NCBI RefSeq assembly: GCF_964194025.1
Contig: NC_134473.1
Location: 5,332,001-5,396,000 of the forward strand
Length of the DNA stretch: 64,000 bases
Source: Convolutriloba macropyga
Lineage: Eukaryota
Direction of reading: 5' to 3'
In this document: piece by piece, positions 10,098 through 21,029 of the stretch
How the letters are laid out: each line of letters begins with the position of its first letter
Position numbering within the stretch: position 1 is the stretch's first letter
The notes under the pieces: model-generated
What the model was told of the DNA's origin: nothing
The model's database searches: none
What the model saw: the letters and a program-made list of their open reading frames with translations, nothing else
Program-made: the position numbers and the translations under genes

Positions 10098-13000
10098 TTA
10101 TAAGCTAGATATCAAAACCACTGATTATTCATTTTAAGTCAAGTTTTCTGGCGGTAAAAAACTAATCCAGCTGCAAAGTTTACATTCTTGCAACCCCAGA
10201 AAAAATTTCATTTAGCTTTAAAAAAATGTCAGAATAAAAATTTAAATTGAAGAAGTCACAATCGATTTTGATCAAAATTTGCATAAAATTTATCAGGTAC
10301 CTTCTCGGGCCTAAGAACTTCAAGAAAAAAACAGATTTTTCAAAAAATCAGCCAACAAACAACCCAATAATCCGCTGAGAATTGCTGAAATATATAAAAT
10401 CAGTTGAATTTCAAAAACTTTCAGCGCGTTTGAGTCCGATCAGTATTTACTGTATATTGTTCGCACCTAGTGACAGCCTCAAATCTCTCTATCCAGTCTT
10501 TTAGCCATCGCTTCTTCCACTACGCCATTAATTCCTCAGATTCCTAACAACTAAATTGATTTGATGTTAATAAACTATTTTGGAAGAAATGAGCTAAAGT
10601 TTCCTAAATGCAATAAAAATTTAGATCATTTTTTACTCAGTCTCAGTGCGTTTTATCGCATTACCATCTACGATTGTTGAAGTTGATATTATGAAATTAA
10701 AGCAATTTTGTTCATATTTTCCGCTAACATTATGCGCTGAAATCGCGCTGATACCTCAAACCAGTTTGCATCTAGTCTGAGACAAGAAAACAAAGTTTAG
10801 CACTGATTGCTGCTCAAAACTCAAAAAATTAACGTTGAAGTTTCAAATTGTAGCCCAAAATAGTTTGCACCATGCATCAGTGTTTCCTATGTGACTCATT
10901 AATGAGGCAAGGACCCTTTTCATTGACTCATTTAAGTAAGCTAATTTTTGCTAAAATCTTTATTTGTCAAGTAGCGCCCGATATCATGGCTGCAATTCCA
11001 CATATGTTTAACCAAAAATATATTTTTGATTGAAATTTCATGTTAGGCTTCGAATCGGCTTTGTTCGGTATATTAACGCTCAAAATGTTAATGTTTTGAC
11101 AAAATCTTCTAGGTTTTGGCTTGCACAAGCAAAAATGATTGACTTCAAATAAGATCGCAAAGTAACATCTTATGACATTTTAATTACGAATAGCTTCAGT
11201 TTAAATAGCTGCCAGTAAGCAAAATATTTAAGCAATCCTCTGCGTTGACCTTTAAAATCAGAACAATAGAATTCAAAAATGAATGAAATTGCTAATGTAG
11301 TCATATCCCATTAAAAATTAGTGCTGTTGCTCTGTCTGTATTACTGCTTCCAATACAGCTCCAAAGAACAATTTGTAAAAAAGATCAAACAAAAAGCAAA
11401 ATAAACCTACTTCTCATGTCATAAAACTTGAACCATTATTCTGCTATCACATTGAAAGTAACTCACCAAGAGGCAATAATTATATTTGTTCATCTTTGAA
11501 GTATTATCTAAGAAAGAGCTAACTACAAAGCAATTCGAAGGTCTAATGAGACGTGAAAAAGCAAAGCTCGACATCCACTAAGGCTTTTCTTTGTCCAAAA
11601 TTGTTGATGATTTTTGATTTGCTGACCAAAGGAGCGTACATATTGATTGATTAGCATTCTGATTTTCAATTATTGTCTTAAAATTGAAAACAAACTCCGC
11701 AGATAGCCGGATAATAGCCGCCGTTGATTCCCGTTACGATCGGGATTGAATGAAGAGAAAAAATGAGAAAAAAATGTCTTTTTTTGTACAAAAACATCAT
11801 TAAAGTGCTAACTATTTTGATGTCATTTCGCAGTTGAACATGATTTTGTTTCGTAGAGAGATGATACACGGGCTAGTATCAACACAAATAAGCATCAGAG
11901 ATGGTAACTAAGACCGTTTCTATTTCTGATTTCGTTTTTTGATACTGACTCTGTTCATTTTGAATTGCACTGGTTTAATTCAATTTTGATCATTTGCTAA
12001 GGACCAGTGCTCAAAATTAGCCGATTGCAATGGTGTATACTAAAAACACCCGTGAAATACCATTTGATAAAAGTGAACATCACGAGCATGTCAAGTTCCT
12101 AAGTTCGGCTTAATTTTAAATGTTTTAAATAATCAAAACTTTTCGTTGTTGCAGAAAAATGTTTATTTCATAAACAATTGTCACAGTTAAAAAAGAGTTT
12201 GAATCGTAAATTTCTATCGATGCTTTTTCTTGAACGCTTTTAACTGAAAGCTGTCAAATATCGAAAACCATATTTTCAGCCGAGAGATAGCGCCCATAGA
12301 TTTATAAGCTAGATATCAAAACCACTGATTATTCATTTTAAGTCAAGTTTTCTGGCGGTAAAAAACTAATCCAGCTGCAAAGTTTACATTCTTGCAACCC
12401 CAGAAAAAATTAAGTTCTCGTTCTTGACCTAATTCTTGTTAATCAGCCGGCAAGCTTAAATTTCTGATGAAGTATTGCTTTTTCTGTTGAGACCGACAGA
12501 AATTTGGTTTGAACTCATAACTTTTGAAACTGTTTGTCCGTATTTTATCCTGATTCAATTATATTTAACTTTCTATATATAAGGTTAACACTGTGTTGTA
12601 TCGACCAGATTAGCTTTAAAAAAATGTCAGAATAAAAATTTAAATTGAAGAAGTCACTATCGGTTGCGATCAAAATTTGCATAAAAACTATTTGGTACCC
12701 TCTCGGGCCTAGGAAGTTAAAGAAAAATGCAGATTTTTCAAAAATTCAACACACAAACAAACTAATAATCCGCTGAGAATTGCTCAAATATAAAAAATCC
12801 GTTGAATTTCAAAAACTTTCAGCGCGTTTGAGCCGTTCAGTGTCTACTGTATACTGTTCTCACCTAGTAGCAGTCTCAAATCTCTCTATCCAGTCTTTTA
12901 GCCATCGCTTCTTCCACTACGCCATTAATTCCTGACTCCTAACAACTAATTTGATTTGATGTTAATAAACTATTTTGGAAGAAATGAGCTGAAGTTTCCT

Positions 13001-14366
13001 AAATGCAATAAAAATTTAGATCATTTCTTACTCAGTCTCAGTGCGTTTTATCGCATTACCATCTACGATTGTTGAAGTTGATTTTATGAAATTAAAGCAA
13101 TTTTGTTCATATTTTCCGCTAACAATATGCGCTGAAATCGCGCTGATACCTCAAACCAGTTTGCATCTAGTCTGAGACAAGAAAACAAAGTTTAGCACTG
13201 ATTGCTGCTCAAAACTCAAAAAATTAACGTTGAAGTTTCAAATTGTAGCCCAAAATAGTTTGCACCATGCATCAGTGTTTCCTATGTGACTCATTAATGA
13301 GGCAAGGACCCTTTTCATTGACTCATTTAAGTAAGCTAATTTTTGCTAAAATCTTTATTTGTCAAGTAGCGCCCGATATCATGGCTGCAATTCCACATAT
13401 GTTTAACCAAAAATATATTTTTGATTGAAATTTCATGTTAGGCTTCGAATCGGCTTTGTTCGGTATATTAACGCTCAAAATGTTAATGTTTTGACAAAAT
13501 CTTCTAGGTTTTGGCTTGCACAAGCAAAAATGATTGACTTCAAATAAGATCGCAAAGTAACATCTTCTGACATTTTAATTACGAATAGCTTCAGTTTAAA
13601 TAGCTGCCAGTAAGCAAAATATTTAAGCAATCCTCTGCGTTGAACTTTAAAATCAGAAAAATAGAATTCAAAAATGAATGAAATTGCTAATGTAGTCATA
13701 TCCCATTAAAAATTAGTGCTATTGCTCTGTCTGTATTACTGCTTCCAATACAGCTCCAAAGAACAATTTGTAAAAAAGATCAAACAAAAAGCAAAATAAA
13801 CCTACTTCTCATGTCATAAAACTTGAACCATTATTCTGCTATCACATTGAAAGTAACTCACCAAGAGGCAATAATTATATTTGTTCATCTTTGAAGTATT
13901 ATCTAAGAAAGAGCTAACTACAAAGCAATTCGAAGGTCTAATGAGACGTCAAAGCTCGACATCCACTAAGGCTTTTCTTTGTCCAAAATTGTTGATGATT
14001 TTTGATTTGCTGACCAAAGGAGCGTACATATTGATTGATTAGCATTCTGATTTTCAATTAATGTCTTAAAATTGAAAACAAACTCGGATAATAGGATAAA
14101 CTCAGATTGCCGGATAATAGCCGCCGTTGATTCCCGTTACGATCGGGATTGAAAGAAGAGAAAAAAATGAGAAAAAAATGTCTGTACAAAAACATCATTA
14201 AAGTGCGAACTATTTTGATGTCATTTCGCAGTTGCACATACTTTTGTTTCGTAGAGAGATGATACACGGGCTAGTATCAACACAAATAAGCATCAGAGAT
14301 GGTAACTAAGACCGTTTCTATTTCTGATTCCGTTTTTTGATACTGACTCTGTTCATTTTGAATTGC
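8826..14366. repeat. ~2.2-2.4 kb tandem duplication (copy 1: 8826-9164 + 10098-11966; copy 2: 11967-14366)
   Basis: Near-identical text in both copies; copy 1 lacks ~200 bp present at ~12411-12609 and is interrupted by LTR sequence. Confidence 0.9.
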
Positions 14367-14504
14367 TTTGCTGCGCAACTGCTCGAAACATTTTGCGCAG
14401 AATGAGCGAAGACTAAAACTAGTCTGAAGAACTCAACAAGAGTTCATACAGAATGTCGAACAAGCTGTGAACTAGGGTAAAGCAAAAAAATTTCAGTACG
14501 AAGT

Positions 14505-14880
14505 AAAAAAAAACATAGCAGGACAAGTGTTGCAGGACAATTCAAAGCATTTTCATGGACTAAACAAAAAGCTAGACCTAGAACATACTATTAATGAATT
14601 GGGAAAACCATTCAGAAAAAAAATCAGATCACAAATACCGAAAACCTGTAAAAATCAATGTCAAAATGCCGCATGTGAACAAAAAACCACTCGCGAGAAA
14701 GCGAACTTTTGTTCAAACACATTTTCTCACTCTAATTTAAAACTCGAATGCAAACAATTCACATCGCAAAACCACTCGCTTTTTCGCTCCACTACCGGTT
14801 TCGGCGTGACCAAAATCACTACTCCAATTTGACTTCAAAAATATTGAAAATGTGTGAACAGATCTTGAAAAAACATAACC
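14505..14880 (+). repeat. dispersed non-coding repeat, probably the body of a non-autonomous Helentron/HINE-like element
   Basis: Clearly homologous to the reverse complement of ~19970-20490; short piece again at ~39203-39240. Confidence 0.7.
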
Positions 14881-15801
14881 AAGCAGATTATGTAAAGTTT
14901 TCTTGGAAACTTATCATAAATTGCGACTCAAAAAGTACTGTTTATAAAACATAGTCATGTGTAATTTAATTGTAATCCGCAAATGAAAATCAACATGATC
15001 GCAAAAAATAACCAGCGATACATATCGAAAAAAGAGAAAAATCAAGCAAACGGAAAAGAATTAAAGGGCGAACCCTTTAAAAACCTGTTAAATTTTTTAT
15101 TGTTCTCTAAAAATTGCTAATAACTTTTGCCAACACACTTTCAAGAACCGTCCATGCTTATTCAATAGGAAACCAAGAATCACCCCAGCGCAAATGAAAA
15201 AAAATGAAAATTAAGCAAAAAATTGTTTAAATATAGCATATTTACTTAAACTCAAACAAACTTAAAACAAAACTAACGCAACGAAAGTCCACGAAACCCA
15301 ACATAGATACTTATTTCGACCAAAAAAGGAGAATAGGGAGAAAGGATTCTAAGGAGAAAAGGAGTTCAAAAACCCGCTAAAATTGTCTAAAACGGCGAAA
15401 TCACGAAAATAGCGCAAGATTGCATATAAAACTATAAAACTCTAATATATGATTGAGATGGTCAAAAATGTTCGTAAAAGTACAGTTACTTGTCAATGTG
15501 GCTGCGGAAAACCACTTTACCAGAAAAAAATACAATTGAAAACTAAAGAAATTGCTTCGAAAAAGCCGCACTTTATCAAAAAATTTCGCTCGCTTAGCGA
15601 AACTCTTTTTCACACCTACTTTTCTCGCTCTCTCTCTCAAAAACGCGGCGTGCTCACAAAATCACTCTCTCTTCTTTTCAATTCGTTCAGCCGTTTGATC
15701 TAAACACTTAGTTTTCACGTGCGGCATTGACTTTAACATCTTGTTTTAAATGCACTCAAAATATAAACTTTAAAAATCGTCGATCAAAAAAAGACGCTCC
15801 A

Positions 15802-15917
15802 CCAATATTCCTCTTCGAGTCGTAAAAAGACAGTGCCCCAATACAATTCAAATCTTTGAGTTGTAAAACAAAATAGGAGCGCTATAATAGCTGGCTGAGA
15901 AGCTGAGACGGCTATTA
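15802..15917 (+). mobile_element. Helentron/DINE-like terminus: conserved motif followed by two stacked hairpins
   Basis: CCAATA(T/C)TCCTCTTCGAGTCGTAAAAA shared with 46036-46062; AAGACAG(T/C)GCCCCAA plus 11-bp hairpin 15842-15865 shared with 19926-19965 (minus); second hairpin 15886-15916. Confidence 0.5.
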
Positions 15918-16186
15918 AACAATACCGATCAACGTCAGTGCAAATGATCTCAAACGACTGAACAGGACTTGGCTTTGGTAGTCGCTAGCTGAGATCCTGC
16001 TCAGTGACTTATGCCTTCAGGCTTTACCAGTTTGCCCGGTTTCTCAAGGCAAAAACGATCTGCTGGTGCTCTGACAGAAAAAAAAACGATCCGATGAAAC
16101 ATCGGTAGCACGAAAAATCAAAAAGCATCAATGGACTAATATAATCGGTAAACTCTGTTAAGAAAAAAATACAGTTATGAAATAAA

Positions 16187-17091
16187 TTAGACCTTCTTAA
16201 TAATCTGAATCACATCTTCATCATGCAATAAATGATCTTTCCCACAGTTCTGTGGCGTGTGCTTAGCTGATGTACCCCAAACTAAGGCGTATTTGAATTC
16301 CTTAATTATAGTTTTGTGGATTTTGTTGCAGAAATCTTCAATGGAACATGCCTCGCTTCTGAGAACCACAGGAGCACTGTAGTCGGGCAACTGGCCCTTG
16401 GGTTTCGTGTATATCCTAATCAAGTCCAGGTAATCCCAGATCTTTTCCAGAAGGTCGTCAAAGTTCCACTTATTATGTGCAGATATAGGCACGCAGTGGG
16501 GGATCTTGTAAATAATGTCCAATTCCTGAATTGATATTTGATCGATTTTGTTCAGCACATAAATACACGGGATGTAGATTCGGTTGGCCTCGATGACGTC
16601 AATGAAATCATCTTCGGTTGCGTCGCATTTAAATGTGACATCGGCATTGTGAATCTTGTACTCTGACAGTATAGCTTTGACCGTTTCTTGATCAAGATGA
16701 GTTAACGTTACTGTGGCGTTGAAATTAATTCCTCCTTTTTCTTTCTTCTTGAAATATATACTCGGCGGTTTCTTATTTAACCGAATTCCAAAACCTTCCA
16801 ACTCATGTTCTATTATCTGCTTATGTCCAAGAGGTTTTAGAACGTCCAGAACTATCAATATTAAGTTGCAGGTTCTTGCAACTGCGATTACCTGTTTTCC
16901 TCGACCTTTTCCGTCTTTGGCTCCTTCGATGATTCCAGGGAGGTCCAGAAGTTGTATTTTGGCACCTTTGAATCTGATCACGCCTGGGACTGTGGTGAGG
17001 GTTGTGAATTCATAAGCTGCCACTTCGGAGTACACGCCAGCTAGGTTCGTCAGAAGGGTTGATTTACCAACTGAAGGAAATCCGACGAATC
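16187..17091 (-). CDS. DRG1: developmentally regulated GTP-binding protein 1, exon 2 of 2
   Basis: Acceptor TTGCTTCAG|GA; GFPSVGKS (G1), YEFTT (G2), DLPG (G3), NKID (G4), TGS domain; spliced CDS 1101 nt = 366 aa. Confidence 0.97.
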
Positions 17092-17339
17092 CTGAAGCAA
17101 AATTCCTAAATCTTTACTGAATGGCATAAATTGACCAGTTGAAATATATGATTTGATATATTTTGGAGAACTTTTTGGCTTTCAATTTGACTTTTAGTCT
17201 CAAATTTCAGTTTAGTTTTGAAATCTTTATGCAATTATTCTTCATGGAAAATGTTTGACCGTAGTAAATTTGGTAATCGAGGGCAAAATACGTTTAAACT
17301 AGAACCAGTGTCGACTACCATGGACCAAGTAAAAATATT

Positions 17340-19732
17340 TGAATCTATTCTAGCCCCAGCTTAGTGGGCATATTAATGCCCCCCCCCCCCCCCCGCAGAC
17401 GCACGTGCTACTTTTTACATAGTAACGTGCTACATAACACCACAAACTGTGATTGGGGGCAAAAACACTGCGGGCAAATTATGTCCAGATATTTTAGCAT
17501 AATACGAGCTTGAAATAAGAATCCAGGCTAAACTTCACATAAGATATGGTTCACATATTTATAAATAGAAACCTTAATTATTCAATGAACAGTTTGTCGA
17601 TGATTTATAATAGAAGCATTGAGAAAAGAATAAGAAAAAACTATCCGAGAAACTTACAACTGAGAGCTAACCCGAAGAACAGTTGAATCAATGACAAGCA
17701 ATCAAATTAAATTTTAAAGAGTCAAAAAATGATGTTGTAGAGTAAATAACTTATTTTAATACCAGAACTATTCATTAATTTAGTATCGGATGAAACACTT
17801 GACAGGCAAACGGCCTATGAATGATCCTAATTTGTTAAATACGGAGAAATTGTTAAATACAGTGTCTGTATTTGATCATTCAGAAAAAAAAATTATATTA
17901 TTTTGATATCAACTATGATATGTTCATTAGGCGGAACATTGAATTCGACGAAATTGTCAATTTCAAATGTATAAACGCAAAACATTCACAACGAAGTCTC
18001 TTTTTTAAATTATGGTGGTGGTCAAGCAAGCCGATAGGGGAGCAAGCCAAATTTTGAAACAGGTCAAGTAAGCCGAATTTTGAAACTGAGGAAAAAAAGC
18101 GGAAAAATATTGTGATACTCGTATTTTAAGTTGCCCCTGACGGGCAGATGGGCGCGCTTCGCCGCGATAACCGGCCCGCGGTTTCCGGATTACATCTCAC
18201 AGCTGACGCCCGTACCACCTAGATGTCTATAAATTGGCGTATTTTTGTTTCTTTGGTGCATTGGAATACATATACTAAGCGCAGTGTATATTGTAACGGT
18301 TAACAATGTATTATTTCTGATAGATTACATAACTATTACATAACGTTCGGCTTACTTTGCGTTCACCTTAAATTATATCATCGCGTTAACTAATAATCGA
18401 TACAATTTAAAAAGCTCAATTTGTACACATCAGATATATGGGAGAACTATTAAAGAAAAAGCTACTCGAAAAACAAAGAACGACGTCCGGTTTAAATACT
18501 ATCACCAGACTACACTTGACTATTACGCAAGAGCGTAGAAATTACGAAGAGTGTAGAAGAACGCTTATTACATAATACGTAACAAATTATATAATTTATT
18601 ACTCAACTTTTTAAGAAAAATTGTAACAAAAAATGCAGCTTACATCAAACAAAAATTGACAAAACAACGGCCGGCACAAATGCAAACTGCAAAACGACAT
18701 TCTATTTATAAAAAGAGGTGTTCCACTTTTCAAAATGGCTGTTTCCGATTTACTGATAATTGACAGAAGATTTGAACAATCAAGTTCATTGGAAGAAGAG
18801 TGCTTAGTATGTATCTCACGAAAACTGAGAAAACCTCAGCTGAAAGACAACTTATGCCTGAATTGTGGCAAAGAACGAAGAACAGTAACCAAACAGACTC
18901 CTCTCAAAGAAATGTTTGAACCCGACCCCGAATTTTCTCACATTTCGCTAAACGAGATGTCCATAACTGTTTACTGGAACGATACAGGTCAGACTACAGT
19001 TCTCAAATAAATTCTTAAAAACAGTTGGCCTTTCTTAGAACCCATATCTAAGACTAGATAGCTCTACCCGAAAATAAGTTAAAATTCTCATATTTACGCT
19101 ATATTTAATCAAATTTCATAAATTATCTTAATATTTGAGCGTAAGTGACTTTAGTGACCATCAATATACTTGAACAACAAACCCATATACTAAAACTGTG
19201 CATTAACTCATGGATCCATTAATACTGCTCATTGCTATTTACATTTCAAAAAATCCTCAGAAAGAGTTACCTGAGCTTGTGAACGAAGCACGTTAATTTG
19301 CAGCTTTTAACTATAGTCAATAGTGTTTTCACTCTTTAGCCTACAGACCTCTTTTCAACCTATTTTTACTTTTTATGTCAAAAGGATTAACCTAATTAAC
19401 TGAGATATGATTTCTAAAACAGGCCCATGGTGGTATCCTAAAAGAAACTTTGAACAACAATTGTTTGCTCTATCAGCAGCCGCACGTGGAGCATGCAATT
19501 ACAAATTCATTGAACAATGGACTCTATTCTGTTTCAGCCCCCCAATCCTAGAGATTTTAAAACCCCTTTACAAATTATAGACCTGTACAATTATAAAAAG
19601 TTGTTCAAACTAAAAATGACAAAAAGCTTGTTGTTATGGCACTTAATTATGTCAAAAAATAGCACGTGCGGCGGGTGGGTATACACATTATATGCCTACT
19701 GATTTGGGGGGGGGGGTGTGAGAATAGATCCG
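17340..19732. mobile_element. 2.4-kb TIR element (CGGATC-terminus family) inside the DRG1 intron, with decayed short ORFs
   Basis: Left end TGAATCTATTCT..GTGGGCATA..GCACGTGCTA is an imperfect inverted repeat of right end TAGCACGTGC..TATGCCTAC..AGAATAGATCCG; flanks AATATT / AATAAT (6-bp TSD, 1 mismatch). Confidence 0.7.
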
Positions 19733-19921
19733 AATAATGCAGTACCTTCATTTCCATACCTGCAGAAAACTAGTGCTATCGCGGGCAATTACAATTTGAA
19801 CTCTTAATTTATATTTCGCTTTAAAATAGTAGTTACTTTAAAAAGCAGCTCCCAAGTGCATTACCTTACTAATTATGCTTGCTGTAGCAAATATTATTTT
19901 TTTTCTTCCCCCTGGCCAAAT

Positions 19922-20490
19922 TTATTACAATTCAAAGAATTTGAATTGTATTGGGGCGCTGTCTTTTTTTTTTAAGATTTGTTCACACATTTTCATGATT
20001 TTTGAAGTCAAATTGGAGTAGTGATTTTGGTCACGCCGAAAAAGGAAATGGAGCGAAAAAGCGAGTGGTTTTGCGGCGTGAATTTTTTTCGCTCTAATTT
20101 TAAAGTAGAGTGCGAAAATGGTGTTTGAACAAAAATTCGGTTTCTCGGTAGTGGTTTTTTGTTCACATGCGGCAATTTCACTCTGATTTTTACTGTTTTT
20201 TCGATTTTTTGGATCGGATTTTTTTCTAAATGGTTTTCCCAATCCGTTCACAGCTCATTCTAGGCCTAGTTTTTTGTTTGAATTAAATTTTCATTTCTCG
20301 CTAGTGGTTTTTTTGTTCACATGCGGCATTTTGACATTGATTTTTTGTTTTTTTTTCTTATTTTTTGATCTGATTTTTTTAAAATGGTTTTCTCAATTCA
20401 CTAATAGTCCATTCTAGGTCTAGTTTTGCTGTTTAGTCAATGAAAATTCTTTGAATTGTACGTAAGGACTTGTCCTGCTATGTTTATAAA
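19922..20490 (-). mobile_element. non-autonomous Helentron/HINE-like repeat with terminal hairpin, in the DRG1 intron
   Basis: Inverted homologue of 14505-14880 with an internal duplication; ends in perfect hairpin TACAATTCAAA-gaa-TTTGAATTGTA (19926-19950). Confidence 0.55.
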
Positions 20491-20833
20491 AATTGTACGC
20501 AAAATGATGTAAATTTTTTCATAGGCAAGAGTTGTGTAACCAAATATTAAACGGAATGATCAATTGTTGTTGAAACATACTATAATGCCGCCATTATAAT
20601 GCACTATTAGAAGATCAATTATAGACAGTCTTAATTCACCGGGGGAAGGATATGTTCCCAAATATGGTAGATATATATACTTTTTTAAAATAGTAATCTT
20701 TTTTGTAAAAAGATACTAATATTTGATGTCAAAGTAGTTTAATTGAAAACTTTTGAAATAAAAACATTTTCAAGCTACCTTAAGACAGACCTCTTGTCGA
20801 GGACAAAGTTTGAGTAACCAATGTTCAACTAAC

Positions 20834-21029
20834 CAATTCTGGCATCTCCTGTCTTCGCCACATCGAACCCAGCCTCCGTTGGTCCTCCGGACGACTTTGG
20901 GGTGATCAATTCCCTTTTTAACTTTGCCAATCTGGCTTTAAGCATTCCCAAGTGGTAAGCTGTGTTCTTGTTCTTCTGAGTCCTGGCCATCTCGGCCTCA
21001 ATCTCAGCTATCTTTTGCACTATAGACAT
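20834..21029 (-). CDS. DRG1: developmentally regulated GTP-binding protein 1, exon 1 of 2
   Basis: [50 protein letters not shown]; phase-1 donor G|GTTAGT. Confidence 0.97.

Noticed and set aside
11678-15703. Short ORFs in the duplicated and dispersed repeats
   Set aside because: Frames are not conserved between repeat copies; no domains
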